Shown: one piece after another, positions 1-9,171 of the stretch
Position numbering within the stretch: the first letter of the stretch is position 1
Layout of the letters: each line of letters starts with the position of its first letter
Assembly (NCBI GenBank): GCA_035764205.1
Contig: DASTZQ010000007.1
Location: forward strand, 3,453-67,452
Direction: 5' to 3'
Source of the DNA: Gammaproteobacteria bacterium
Lineage (GTDB): Bacteria; Pseudomonadota; Gammaproteobacteria; DSM-16500
Length of the DNA: 64,000 nt
Made by a program: the position numbers and the translations under genes
The notes under the pieces: generated by a model
What the model was told of the DNA's origin: nothing
What the model saw: the letters and a program-made list of their open reading frames with translations, nothing else
Databases searched by the model: none

Positions 1-386
1 GCGGTCATGATAAACATGCCGCTAGCAGCGATTAATGCGGGAACGATTAAAATGACCATTTCGCTGAGGTAGAGGCCGGCAATGCGGAGTGCGCGTTGCA
101 ATGAGAAAGCGCGAAACATTTGTTGGTAGTGTATGGGGGTGTCTTTTGCGCGGCAAATACCGATGTAGAGCACGCCGATTTGCAGAAGATAACTCACGAT
201 GTTGGTGATGAGTTTGGCGGCGCTATATAAAGCGGTGCCTGCGATTTCGGCGATGCCTTCAATTAAGCCTAAGCAAAATGCAATGGCCAAGAGAATGCCG
301 AATGCAATCCAAATGGTTTGTTTTGCGCCGTAGACTTTTGCCCATGCGCTGCGGAGGGTGTCTTCAACGGGGAGTGGGTAGCTCAT
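1..386 (-). CDS. Integral membrane protein, runs off the window edge (C-terminus missing)
   Basis: Manual translation from ATG at 386: MSYPLPVEDTLRSAWAKVYGAKQTIWIAFGILLAIAFCLGL...; open to position 1 with several hydrophobic segments. Not in the ORF track. Confidence 0.75.
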   Translation of the reverse strand, partial: MSYPLPVEDTLRSAWAKVYGAKQTIWIAFGILLAIAFCLGLIEGIAEIAGTALYSAAKLITNIVSYLLQIGVLYIGICRAKDTPIHYQQMFRAFSLQRALRIAGLYLSEMVILIVPALIAASGMFIMT

Positions 387-396
387 GCTGATTTCC

Positions 397-627
397 TTAT
401 TTATCGCCGGTTAACCATGCTGGATCCACTTCAAATTCGGATGCAATGCGGTCAATCAGGGGTTGATCGGGGAGGGTTTGTCCTTCCAATAAACTATGCG
501 CTTGTTGTTTGGGAATATCTAGCATTTTGCTGAGGATATTCGCGCGTTCGCGAGGGAGGCTTGGGGTATCAGCGTCGTCGAGGCATTGATTTAAACGTTG
601 AGCGAAATGTCTGGGTGTTAGTGGCAC
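397..627 (-). CDS. Small Cro/C1-like HTH protein
   Basis: 76 aa helical protein ending in IASEFEVDPAWLTG, typical of XRE-type HTH C-termini; GGAGG SD upstream. Confidence 0.6.
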   Translation of the reverse strand: MPLTPRHFAQRLNQCLDDADTPSLPRERANILSKMLDIPKQQAHSLLEGQTLPDQPLIDRIASEFEVDPAWLTGDK

Positions 628-723
628 GATACGCCTCCTTGATCGGTTTCAGTTTCCATTGAGTATACTGATCGAGTTCCGGAGGGGCAATCATGAAAAA
701 CCCTATGATTATTCACCAAATCC

Positions 724-1575
724 TTAGGGGATGAGCTTGGCGGCGGTGAGGGTGTTTTGCATGAGCATGGCAACCGTCATGGGGCCGACGCCACCCGGCA
801 CGGGGGTGATCCAGGCGGCGCGTTTAGCGGCGTTTTCAAAATCGACATCGCCGACGAGTTGACCGTTTGCTAAGCGCGTGATGCCAACATCAATGACGGT
901 TGCACCTTCTTTTATCCAGTCACCGTGAATGAGGCCGGGGTTGCCGGTGGCAGCGACGATGATGTCGCCTTGTTTAACATGGGAAGCCAAATCGGTGGTG
1001 GAGCGATGACAGAGGGTGGTGGTGGCACCGGCCATTAATAATTCGAGGGCCATGGGGCGGCCGACGATGTTGGAGGCGCCGATGATGACGGCGTGTTGGC
1101 CTTTGATGGGTTGTTGAATGTGTTGGAGCAGGGCCATGATGCCGAGCGGGGTGCAGGGGCGCAATAAGGGGCGGCGTTGTGCGAGGCGGCCTAAGTTGTA
1201 GGGGTGGAAGCCGTCGACGTCTTTGTGGGGGGTGATGGTTTCGAGGATGAGTTCGGTGTCTAGGTGTTTGGGGAGGGGGAGTTGGAGGAGGATGCCGTTG
1301 ATGGTTTCATCGTGATTGAGTTGGTGGATGAGGGCGATGAGGTCGGTTTGTTGGGTGGAGGTGGGGAGGTGGTGGTAAGTGGAGTGTATGCCGATTTGTT
1401 CTGAGGTGAAGCGTTTATTTTTGACATAGACTTCGGAGGCGGGGTCGTTGCCGACGAGGATGACGGCGAGCCCGGGGGTGGGGCGGCCGGCCTTGGCTGC
1501 TTGTTGGACAATGGTGGTGAATTGGTCTTTGAGGGTGTTGGCGAGGGCTTTGCCATCAATGAGTTTTGCGGGCAT
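724..1575 (-). CDS. folD: Bifunctional methylenetetrahydrofolate dehydrogenase/cyclohydrolase
   Basis: Motifs [47 protein letters not shown]. Confidence 0.98.
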   Translation of the reverse strand: MPAKLIDGKALANTLKDQFTTIVQQAAKAGRPTPGLAVILVGNDPASEVYVKNKRFTSEQIGIHSTYHHLPTSTQQTDLIALIHQLNHDETINGILLQLPLPKHLDTELILETITPHKDVDGFHPYNLGRLAQRRPLLRPCTPLGIMALLQHIQQPIKGQHAVIIGASNIVGRPMALELLMAGATTTLCHRSTTDLASHVKQGDIIVAATGNPGLIHGDWIKEGATVIDVGITRLANGQLVGDVDFENAAKRAAWITPVPGGVGPMTVAMLMQNTLTAAKLIP

Positions 1576-1641
1576 GGGTGGGTTCCTAGAGTGATCTTGG
1601 CTAAATTTAACATAAAGTTAACGAAAAAGCCGCATAAGTGA

Positions 1642-1670
1642 TTGACGATTTGGGTTGGGCTCAGTATTAT
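1642..1670 (+). promoter_or_regulatory. Putative sigma70 promoter of the tRNA cluster
   Basis: TTGACG-17 nt-TATTAT, ending 23 nt before tRNA-Pro. Confidence 0.6.
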
Positions 1671-1693
1671 CCACACTCGTTCGAAAGAACATG

Positions 1694-1767
1694 CGGGGTA
1701 TAGCGCAGTCTGGTAGCGCGCCTGCTTTGGGAGCAGGATGTCGGGAGTTCGAATCTCTCTACCCCGA
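1694..1767 (+). tRNA. tRNA-Pro(TGG)
   Basis: Cloverleaf; anticodon arm CCTGC-TT-TGG-GA-GCAGG; TTCGAAT T-loop; CCA not encoded. Confidence 0.96.
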
Positions 1768-1794
1768 AGGATTTGTTTTGGGCTTATTGAGTCC

Positions 1795-1840
1795 GTAGGG
1801 TGGATTAGGTTCGCGCGTTTTTCGCGAACCGTAATCCACC
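1795..1840 (+). repeat. GTAG-type REP, family 3
   Basis: GTAG followed by hairpin GGTGGATTA...TAATCCACC; related copies at 2150 and 24069. Confidence 0.85.
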
Positions 1841-1884
1841 TTCATATAGGTTTTTGATTTTAAGATTTTGAAGAGATTTAGATA

Positions 1885-1958
1885 GCGCCCGTAGCTCATT
1901 CGGATAGAGCATCGGCCTTCTAAGCCGAGGGTAGCAGGTTCGAATCCTGCCGGGCGCG
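1885..1958 (+). tRNA. tRNA-Arg(TCT)
   Basis: Acceptor stem GCGCCCG/CGGGCGC; anticodon arm TCGGC-CT-TCT-AA-GCCGA; CCA not encoded. Confidence 0.96.
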
Positions 1959-1994
1959 AGGATTGCGCGCTCGCGTTTAAGTGTTATGGTGGGT

Positions 1995-2028
1995 GTAGCC
2001 CGGACGCGTTTTTTGCGGCCGGGAGCTG
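1995..2028 (+). repeat. GTAG-type REP, family 2 (single copy)
   Basis: GTAGCCCGGACGCGTTTTTTGCGGCCGGG, a near-match to the copies at 21062 and 21185-21217. Confidence 0.8.
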
Positions 2029-2046
2029 ACCTTGAAGTGTTGTTAT

Positions 2047-2123
2047 GGTGGCCGTAGCTCAGTTGGTAGAGCCCCGGATTGTGATTCCGGTTGTCGTGGG
2101 TTCGATCCCCATCGGTCACCCCA
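2047..2123 (+). tRNA. tRNA-His(GTG)
   Basis: G-1, anticodon arm CCGGA-TT-GTG-AT-TCCGG, encoded CCA. Confidence 0.97.
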
Positions 2124-2149
2124 GATTGATGTAAGGTGTGTATGGTGTT

Positions 2150-2189
2150 GTAGGGTGGATTAGCGGCGTTCTTTGCTGCGTAATCCACC
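2150..2189 (+). repeat. GTAG-type REP, family 3
   Basis: GTAGGGTGGATTAGCGGCGTTCTTTGCTGCGTAATCCACC hairpin. Confidence 0.85.
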
Positions 2190-2233
2190 AACCTTTAAAA
2201 AATGTTCCTCTGCGTAGTACAATCTTTCAGTTT

Positions 2234-2306
<73 letters not shown>

Positions 2307-2440
2307 TATATTAATCAAGTAGTTATCACCATCCTCTGATTCATCTAACCTTTCAGTGCTACCTTTTAGAGTGAATTTTGCATCTCTACGTATTGTTTGT
2401 GATCAGCTATAATTGACGACATTCCCTAAACTCGAGATAA

Positions 2441-4240
2441 ATGTTAATGAAAATTAGTGCAGCGACTCCATCTTTAAGCCGTTTCCTGATAAACCTGGCC
2501 AAACCATACAAGGGGTTATTCACAGTCATCGCATTAGTCGGTTTGTTCTGGGCTTTTATTAATACTTTTTTACCTTACACGCTAAAACTTATCATTGACC
2601 ATGTTGTTAGCTTTGAGGGCGATAAGGCTGATTTAGTTAAAACCACACAACCCTATGTTTTTGGGTACATCGCTCTTTGGGTGGCTCTTTGTTTGAATAT
2701 GCGTCTTTTAGATTGGGTGAAGCTAAAGTTGTTCCCGAGTTTGCGGGAAGATGTCATGTCGAAGATGTTTAGTTATCTTAATCAGCACTCGCATCGTTAT
2801 TTTCAAAATAATTTTGCCGGAAGTTTAATAAATAAAATTACGGACATGCAAGGTGGTGTGATTGATATCTTTTCGAACCTTGATGATATATATACGCAAA
2901 CGCTTGGCTTAAGTGTCGCTATAATCACTTTATTATTTGTGCATCCTATTTTTGCAGTGATATTAACGGGTTGGGCCTTTGCATTTCTTTTGATCTCTTT
3001 TCTTTTTCTAAAACCCATTCAAAATCTTTCTCACGTTTTTGCAGAGAGCAAGACATCGGTGGTTGGACGAATGGTAGATAGCGTCAGTAACATTATCAAT
3101 GTTAGGCTCTTCGTTAGACACGGAGATGAAAATCAATATATTTACCAGAGCATCAAAAGTGCCGTGCAAAATGATAGGGCTATGCAGGCTAAGATTATAA
3201 AAATGCGATTATTCTGGGATATTAGTATTATCGTTTTGATAAGCCTGAATATTTTTATTTTACTCCACATGTATAGTAAAAATTTTGTTTCTATTGGCGA
3301 TTTTACATTTGTTATTTCTTTATCAATTAGCATTTTGTGGAATCTTTGGTTTATCGCGGGTCAATTTGTTTCATTTTCAGAGCAAATAGGGATATGTAAG
3401 CAAGCTCTTTCTATTGTTTCACTACCACATGAAATTACTGATGCGATTGATGCAAGACCGCTTATTATTTCGAGTGGCAGCATTAAATTTCATAATGTGA
3501 CTTTTCATTATGATGAAGGGGCGCGATTATTCAGAAATAAAAACATTGTGATTGAAGCAGGTCAAAAAGTGGGTCTTGTTGGGTTTTCAGGGGGTGGGAA
3601 AAGTACTTTTGTAAATTTAATTTTACGTTTGTTTGAAGTTGAGTCAGGCGAAATTACGATAGATGATCAAAACATTAATCAGGTGACGCAGGAATCGTTG
3701 AGAGAGCAAATTGCTTTAATACCGCAAGACATCACGCTATTTCATCGCAGCTTAATGGAAAACATACGCTTTGGTAATATTCATGCTACTGATGATGAAG
3801 TGTTTGAGATTGCAAAAATGACTCACTGCCATGAATTTATCACTCAGCTTGCGCAAGGTTATGATTCAATGGTTGGCGAGCGCGGCATCAAGTTATCCAC
3901 TGGGCAACGTCAACGTATAGCGATTGCTAGAGCTATGTTAAAAAATGCACCGATTCTGATTCTAGATGAGGCAACTTCTGCTTTGGATTCTATCACTGAG
4001 AAATATATTCAAGATGCGTTACATTTATTAATGCAAGGCAAAACCACCATCGTTATCGCTCATCGTTTATCTACGCTTTCTAAAATGGATAGAATTTTAG
4101 TTTTTGATAAAGGTGAAATTATTGAGGATGGCGCGCATGAAGCGCTTATCTCTAAAGGTGGGCATTACGCAAGAATGTGGCAAATGCAAGCCGGTGGATT
4201 TTTGCCTGAGACAGAAGAGTCTATGGTGGGTGATAAATGA
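2441..4240 (+). CDS. ABC exporter, fused permease/ATP-binding (MdlB/MsbA-like)
   Basis: N-terminal TM helices; Walker A GFSGGGKST, signature LSTGQRQR, Walker B ILILDEATS, H-loop IAHRL. Confidence 0.95.
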   Translation: MLMKISAATPSLSRFLINLAKPYKGLFTVIALVGLFWAFINTFLPYTLKLIIDHVVSFEGDKADLVKTTQPYVFGYIALWVALCLNMRLLDWVKLKLFPSLREDVMSKMFSYLNQHSHRYFQNNFAGSLINKITDMQGGVIDIFSNLDDIYTQTLGLSVAIITLLFVHPIFAVILTGWAFAFLLISFLFLKPIQNLSHVFAESKTSVVGRMVDSVSNIINVRLFVRHGDENQYIYQSIKSAVQNDRAMQAKIIKMRLFWDISIIVLISLNIFILLHMYSKNFVSIGDFTFVISLSISILWNLWFIAGQFVSFSEQIGICKQALSIVSLPHEITDAIDARPLIISSGSIKFHNVTFHYDEGARLFRNKNIVIEAGQKVGLVGFSGGGKSTFVNLILRLFEVESGEITIDDQNINQVTQESLREQIALIPQDITLFHRSLMENIRFGNIHATDDEVFEIAKMTHCHEFITQLAQGYDSMVGERGIKLSTGQRQRIAIARAMLKNAPILILDEATSALDSITEKYIQDALHLLMQGKTTIVIAHRLSTLSKMDRILVFDKGEIIEDGAHEALISKGGHYARMWQMQAGGFLPETEESMVGDK

Positions 4241-4311
4241 ATAAGTCGATAGTCATATCCGGTTGCTCTGGGGGTGGCAAGTCTACACTCTCGTGGTTGT
4301 TCACAAAATAA
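4237..4311 (+). pseudogene. 24-codon remnant of a P-loop ATPase/kinase gene
   Basis: ATGA overlap with the ABC stop codon; translates MNKSIVISGCSGGGKSTLSWLFTK*, a beta-strand plus complete Walker A followed by an early stop. Confidence 0.7.
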
Positions 4312-4337
4312 AAGCCACTTAGATAAAGAGGATTCTC

Positions 4338-4760
4338 ATGAAGAAAATTGGCAATAATTTTTCATTTATTGATTTTGGCCCATTTGAAAAGATGGATCAA
4401 TATTCCTTTAAACACCCCAAGCTGCCAGAAGATGTTGCAGGTAAACAATTCCTTAAAGGTGAACTTGATTTAACCGGCATGGAGGTGTCATTAAATAAGT
4501 TTCCCGCAGGAACTTCCATGCCATTTAGTCATAAGCATCGTGAAAATGAGGAGTTTTACATTTTTTTGAAGGGAAAGGGTGAGTTTTGTGTGGATGGAGA
4601 TTGGTTTGATGTTCAAGAGGGATCTGCGATCAGGGTGGCCCCGAAGGGGGTGCGTACTTGGCGTAGCTCTTCTTCTGAGGAGCTTTTATTTATTGTAATC
4701 CAAGCGAAAGCAGGAAGCTTTGAAGGTGACTCTATTCAGGATGGTATTCCAGTGTTGTAG
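4338..4760 (+). CDS. Cupin domain protein
   Basis: Cupin motifs PFSHKH..NEEFYIFLKGKG and G....V.P...R; GAGG SD. Confidence 0.9.
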   Translation: MKKIGNNFSFIDFGPFEKMDQYSFKHPKLPEDVAGKQFLKGELDLTGMEVSLNKFPAGTSMPFSHKHRENEEFYIFLKGKGEFCVDGDWFDVQEGSAIRVAPKGVRTWRSSSSEELLFIVIQAKAGSFEGDSIQDGIPVL

Positions 4761-4764
4761 CATC

Positions 4765-4855
4765 GTAGCCCAGATCAAACGCCCTTCGTTTGATCTGGGA
4801 TGGTGGTGACCGCAAAGATCCCGGATGAAGCAAAAGGCGCTTCATCGCGGGCTAT
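4765..4855. repeat. Single REP-A/REP-B doublet (family 1)
   Basis: GTAGCCCAGATCAAACG-loop-CGTTTGATCTGGG, short linker, inverted CCCGGATGAAGC-loop-GCTTCATCGCGGGCTA; same unit as the arrays at 7266-9885. Confidence 0.92.
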
Positions 4856-5418
4856 AACGAGCTCACCGACAACCGATATAAAACATGCCTTCTCAATCGG
4901 CTGCTTTCATCTAAGTTGGGGTGGTCAAAATCATCTTTTGGGTTATGTTTAAGCCCAATTTTTTCCATCACGCGCTGAGATTTTACATTGGTGCTCGCAG
5001 TAAAAGAAATAATTTCATGAAGATTTAACTGCGTGAAAGCATAATTCAATACGGCTGTTGCAGCTTCAGTTGCAAAACCTTGCCCCCAATGTTTTGAAGA
5101 TAAGCGCCAGCCAATTTCAACAATTGGAAGGTGTTTGGGTTTGAAGTGAGGGATGGTGAAGGTGGGTCTCATTAAGCCAACAAAGCCAATAAATTCATGC
5201 GAAGATTTGGTTTCAACAGCGTAAAGCGCATATCCAAATGCTTCATGGTGTTGGTTAATACGATTGATTAATGCTTGTGTTTCAACAGGCGTGGATGTTG
5301 ATGGGAAGTGCTCCATCACTAAAGGGTCAGCGCTGATGGCTGTCATCATCGGTGCATCGCTCGCTTTCCATGTGCGAAGTATCAAACGCTCTGTCGTTAA
5401 AATAATTGTTGGGTTCAT
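4852..5418 (-). CDS. GNAT N-acetyltransferase (RimJ/RimL family)
   Basis: TERLILR, VEIGWRL...WGQGFATEAA, N..SQRVMEKIG motifs. Confidence 0.93.
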   Translation of the reverse strand: MNPTIILTTERLILRTWKASDAPMMTAISADPLVMEHFPSTSTPVETQALINRINQHHEAFGYALYAVETKSSHEFIGFVGLMRPTFTIPHFKPKHLPIVEIGWRLSSKHWGQGFATEAATAVLNYAFTQLNLHEIISFTASTNVKSQRVMEKIGLKHNPKDDFDHPNLDESSRLRRHVLYRLSVSSL

Positions 5419-5837
5419 GTTAGGTCTTTTCTTAAAAAATAAAACACGGAGTCTTTGTCAAAGCCTGTTCGTTCAAACTCGACATAGAACCCTTGTTTTT
5501 TGTAGAAGTCCAGTGCCTCCCAGTCAAATGTGTTGACTGCCATAAAACGACACCCAATTTCTTTGGCGAGGTCCTCTGCTTTTTGCATTAAATTCTTGCC
5601 ATAGCCTTTTCCACGCAGCGATTCGCTTAGCCAAAGTTGATCGATATACAGACACCCGTAAAGATGGCAGGTGTTGCATCCACCAATAATTTTCTTGTGT
5701 TGGTCGCGAATAAAGAAGGCATGAAATCCGAGTGGTTTCATTGCTTTTTTTTGCTTTGCTTGCTCAGAGATGCCGTCATTCAAAACCTGAATGTCTTTAG
5801 GTTTTGGGTTTGGTTCATTACTTATTGGATAGTCCAT
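5415..5837 (-). CDS. GNAT N-acetyltransferase
   Basis: Acetyl-CoA motif LRGKGYGKNLM and ALDFYKKQGF; ATGA overlap with the downstream GNAT. Confidence 0.92.
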   Translation of the reverse strand: MDYPISNEPNPKPKDIQVLNDGISEQAKQKKAMKPLGFHAFFIRDQHKKIIGGCNTCHLYGCLYIDQLWLSESLRGKGYGKNLMQKAEDLAKEIGCRFMAVNTFDWEALDFYKKQGFYVEFERTGFDKDSVFYFLRKDLT

Positions 5838-5839
5838 TA

Positions 5840-6358
5840 TTATTGCCCAAGCGCTTTCATTGCAGCGTTGACATCGTTGTCGACAGTTGTGTCTGAGCAG
5901 CCAGTGGATTCAATAACTAAAGTGGCGATTTCTTCACAAAAAGCATCACGTTCACTATGTTGTTTTTCTAGGAAATTCTTCATGTTATCCACTGGTAGCG
6001 ACGGAACCCGTCCATTCTTCATGCGTTCAAGCTGAGTTGGAATAGAGACTTTCAAATAAATAACATATTCAGAGGATAATAACTGTCGACATTGCTCGCT
6101 TGATACAACACATTCTTCTAATAAAACGACAACATTTTCTTTTTTGATAGAATGAGAGATGATGTCTGCTTGTGAGCGATTAAAAGCCGCTTCACCTTGC
6201 TCGCCCAGAATCTCACGCGTCTGTCGGCCAATGTAGCGTTCAATGCTTGGATTGGCATCGACAATCTGCCATCCTAATTTCTTCGCTAAGGCCTCTGTGA
6301 AAATAAACTTGCCTGCACCCATGTGCCCGACAATAAAAATACGTTTTGGTTGGTTCAT
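5840..6358 (-). CDS. Shikimate-kinase-like P-loop protein with degenerate motifs
   Basis: IFIVGHMGAGK, LAKKLGW, GE.AF, VIYL pattern of AroK, but the canonical P-loop S/T and the GGG motif are replaced. Confidence 0.75.
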   Translation of the reverse strand: MNQPKRIFIVGHMGAGKFIFTEALAKKLGWQIVDANPSIERYIGRQTREILGEQGEAAFNRSQADIISHSIKKENVVVLLEECVVSSEQCRQLLSSEYVIYLKVSIPTQLERMKNGRVPSLPVDNMKNFLEKQHSERDAFCEEIATLVIESTGCSDTTVDNDVNAAMKALGQ

Positions 6359-6459
6359 GGTGTTTTCCTTTTATTCGGTAATTGATGGAATGCAGCTTTC
6401 TGCCTTGGCTGGTCAATATCGGTGCTTGCATCGGTGGCGATAATAAGCGATTTATTCAT
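6355..6459 (-). pseudogene. 34-codon coupled mini-ORF, probable gene remnant
   Basis: MNKSLIIATDASTDIDQPRQKAAFHQLPNKRKTP*; starts inside the upstream GNAT's last codons, and its TGA overlaps the kinase ATG (ATGA). Confidence 0.45.
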
Positions 6460-7072
6460 TTTTATCACCCCATGTCACATCCAGTTCAGGCAGGGCATTG
6501 CAGTCGTGACGCGCGTATATCAGCGTGTCACTTATTTCACCCGTAACAGGTTTTCTTCTGTTAGATTTAAGTGTTGCTTCTAATGTATACCCCAATCTTT
6601 CAGGGATCATTTTGCTGCGGATATTGTCCCGGTCGCAGGTGATCGCAATACGTTTTACTTTCAATTGATTGAATGCATATTGTGTGATGGCGTTTATTGC
6701 CTCTGTCATTAGGCCTTCATTGGCGCGAGACACTCTTATCCAATACCCAGTTTCAACAGAGGGTACCTGCCAGTCAATATGATGAAAGCTGGTGGCGCCA
6801 ATAAATTCATTGGTTTTTTTGTCGATAATACAAAGCTGCAGCCAGGGTTCTTCAGATTTCATTAGAATCCAGTTGGCTGCCGCTAACCTAGCCTGTTCTT
6901 CGGATTCCTCAACGGATGGTTTTTCTTTTGCCCAATCCATGTATTGATGCAATTCAGTGAATGATTCTAAAATGGCAGCGTTAACTGTTGCCCCATCGCC
7001 AACGCTGAAGGGTCTGATTAATAAACGTGGTGTCCTGATGGGCATTGGTAGGTTAAGTAATATCGGTTTCAT
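6452..7072 (-). CDS. GNAT N-acetyltransferase (RimL-like)
   Basis: TPRLLIRP, ETGYW, GLMTEA, N.RS..IPERLGYTLE motifs. Confidence 0.92.
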   Translation of the reverse strand: MKPILLNLPMPIRTPRLLIRPFSVGDGATVNAAILESFTELHQYMDWAKEKPSVEESEEQARLAAANWILMKSEEPWLQLCIIDKKTNEFIGATSFHHIDWQVPSVETGYWIRVSRANEGLMTEAINAITQYAFNQLKVKRIAITCDRDNIRSKMIPERLGYTLEATLKSNRRKPVTGEISDTLIYARHDCNALPELDVTWGDKNE

Positions 7073-7265
7073 GTGTGGTTACCTGGTTTGCGGTATTCGC
7101 CTTAAAGTGGGTATTAATTAAGCACCATTGCGCTTCATTATCATTAAGTTTATTCAATAATGAACGCCTCTGCTACTATTTATTTGTGTGCTTCAACTGA
7201 GGCGCCCCTCGCAGCTTGGGTGGCTAGAATGCATTAGCGGCTTTTCCAAAAACGAAATCAGTGTT

Positions 7266-7592
7266 GTAGCCCAGATCAAACGCCTTTCGTTTGATCTGGG
7301 GTGGTGGTGGTCGCAAAAACCCCGGATGAAGCAAAAGGCGCTTCATCACGGGCTACATCGCTTCGTTGATGGTTGGTGGTGTTGTAGCCCAGATCAAACG
7401 CCTTTCGTTTGATCTGGGGTGGTGGTGAAGGCAAAGACCCCGGATGAAGCAAAAGGCGCTTCATCGCGGGCTACATCGCTTCGTTGATGGTTGGTGGTGT
7501 TGTAGCCCAGATCAAACGCCTTTCGTTTGATCTGGGGTGGTGGTAAACGCAAAGACCCCGGATGAAGCAAAAGGCGCTTCATCGCGGGCTAC
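7266..7592. repeat. BIME-like REP array, 3 units
   Basis: REP-A GTAG starts at 7266, 7384 and 7502 (exact 118-bp period), each followed by an inverted REP-B. Confidence 0.95.
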
Positions 7593-7599
7593 AAGAGCC

Positions 7600-8607
7600 T
7601 CAAACCATCAAAAACCGACCGAATTCAGCCGATTCATTCATCGCAATAGTTGCCGCCAGTGATTTAACGGCATCAGGGTAGGTGCTTTTAATGAGCGAGG
7701 GGTTGTTTTCTTGAATGGCTTTGATGAAAGCATCAGATTGATTGGCCAGCAGGCCTTGTTTTGATGTTTTGTCGGTGATGCAGTTCCAATCGGTATCGTG
7801 AGGTTCTTTGTAAAATACAGCACCTTCATTTTTATAGCGTAATTTATATAAATCAACTTTTAAAGCAAAATCCTGCCCGTAAACATGAAGCTCATCATTT
7901 CTCGCTTGAATTGTATTGAGTAAATGAGTCACACCAATACTGGCAATGTTTCCTGATTGGAATTTTAAAATCGCTTCCATTGAATCGTAAGTATCGCAAT
8001 TGGGAATAGCGCTGCTTGCAAGACCAGTGGAGGTGACTGAAGCAACTGAGCTGATTTCTCCAAATAAATAACGGAGCAAATCAACATAATGCGTGCCAGA
8101 CTCAACCATCATGCCGCCCGATAATTTTTCTTTGCGCCACCAGTGAACTTCCGGCATGTAAGCGTAGCTGCAAATCCTTGTGGTGGTGATTTTGTTTCTA
8201 TCAATAATCTCTTTTATTTTTATAAAAAGAGGGTGATATCGCAGCAAGTAGCCGCTGCTGGTGATTAAACGATTTTGATTGATTTTTTCAGAGATTTTTT
8301 TGCAAATAGACAAATCTAACCCAAGGGGTTTTTCACAAAGAAAGGGGATTTGATTGTCAATGGCTTTTAATTCAACATGCCCATCGTGGGCAAATGGCGG
8401 GATGGCAATGTATAGCGCATCAATTATGTCTCGGGAGATGAGTTGAAGTGGTTCATCATATATTTTGCATTGAAATTCAGTAGAAAATGCGGCTGTTTTC
8501 TCTGCGTTACTGCCAAAGCACGCAACGATTTTTGCGCCAAGTTGGTTTAACACCTCGGCATGTTGTTTTGCGAAATTTCCTGTGCCTATTAATCCGATTC
8601 GTATCAT
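7600..8607 (-). CDS. Gfo/Idh/MocA family NAD(P)-dependent oxidoreductase
   Basis: Start re-assigned to MIRIGLIGTG; Rossmann motif, CEKP, GG...E.GTH..D. The longer ORF call runs into REP sequence. Confidence 0.92.
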   Translation of the reverse strand: MIRIGLIGTGNFAKQHAEVLNQLGAKIVACFGSNAEKTAAFSTEFQCKIYDEPLQLISRDIIDALYIAIPPFAHDGHVELKAIDNQIPFLCEKPLGLDLSICKKISEKINQNRLITSSGYLLRYHPLFIKIKEIIDRNKITTTRICSYAYMPEVHWWRKEKLSGGMMVESGTHYVDLLRYLFGEISSVASVTSTGLASSAIPNCDTYDSMEAILKFQSGNIASIGVTHLLNTIQARNDELHVYGQDFALKVDLYKLRYKNEGAVFYKEPHDTDWNCITDKTSKQGLLANQSDAFIKAIQENNPSLIKSTYPDAVKSLAATIAMNESAEFGRFLMV

Positions 8608-8635
8608 AAGAGGTGTGTTATCCCGCGACAACGTT

Positions 8636-8693
8636 GGTGTCGTATGTGCATTACAGCAGATGCGATTAATGGAATCAAGCGATGTTGTTTTGT
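8636..8693. repeat. 58-bp imperfect direct repeat, copy 1
   Basis: 50/58 identical, ungapped, to 9927-9984; on the minus strand contains TTGATT-17-TGTAAT upstream of the oxidoreductase. Confidence 0.85.
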
Positions 8694-8700
8694 GAGCGTC

Positions 8701-9051
8701 GTAGCCCAGATCAAACGCCTTTCGTTTGATCTGGGGTGGTGGTAAACGCAAAAACCCCGGATGAAGCAAAAGGCGCTTCATCGCGGGCTACATCGCTTCG
8801 TTGATGGTTGGTGGTGTTGTAGCCCAGATCAAACGCCTTTCGTTTGATCTGGGATGGTGGTGAAGGCAAAGACCCCGGATGAAGCAAAAGACGCTTCATC
8901 GCGGGCTACATCACTTCGTTGATGGTTGGCGGTGTTGTAGCCCAGATCAAACGCCTTTCGTTTGATCTGGGACGGTGGTAAACGCAAAGACCCCGGATGA
9001 AGCAAAAGGCGCTTCATCACGGGCTACATCGCTTCGCTGATGGTTGGCGGT
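8701..9051. repeat. BIME-like REP array, 3 units plus partial linker
   Basis: REP-A starts at 8701, 8819 and 8937 (118-bp period). Confidence 0.95.
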
Positions 9052-9171
9052 AAACATAAAAACCCAAGCAAAAACAGATTTGCATTTCTATCATTCTTTG
9101 ATATTATTTTGTTGCTCAATCACCCCTCTCTATTTCCATTTCAATTATCTTAAATCAATCAAGGTGACCCT

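Noticed and set aside
1260-2191. ORFs 1260-1676 and 1805-2191
   Set aside because: An alternative frame of folD with low-complexity S/P/T content, and an antisense read-through of tRNAs and REPs.
8608-8781. 58-aa N-terminal extension of the oxidoreductase
   Set aside because: It derives from REP sequence and the 58-bp repeat. The Rossmann fold starts at Met 8607, and a promoter-like element lies inside the extension.
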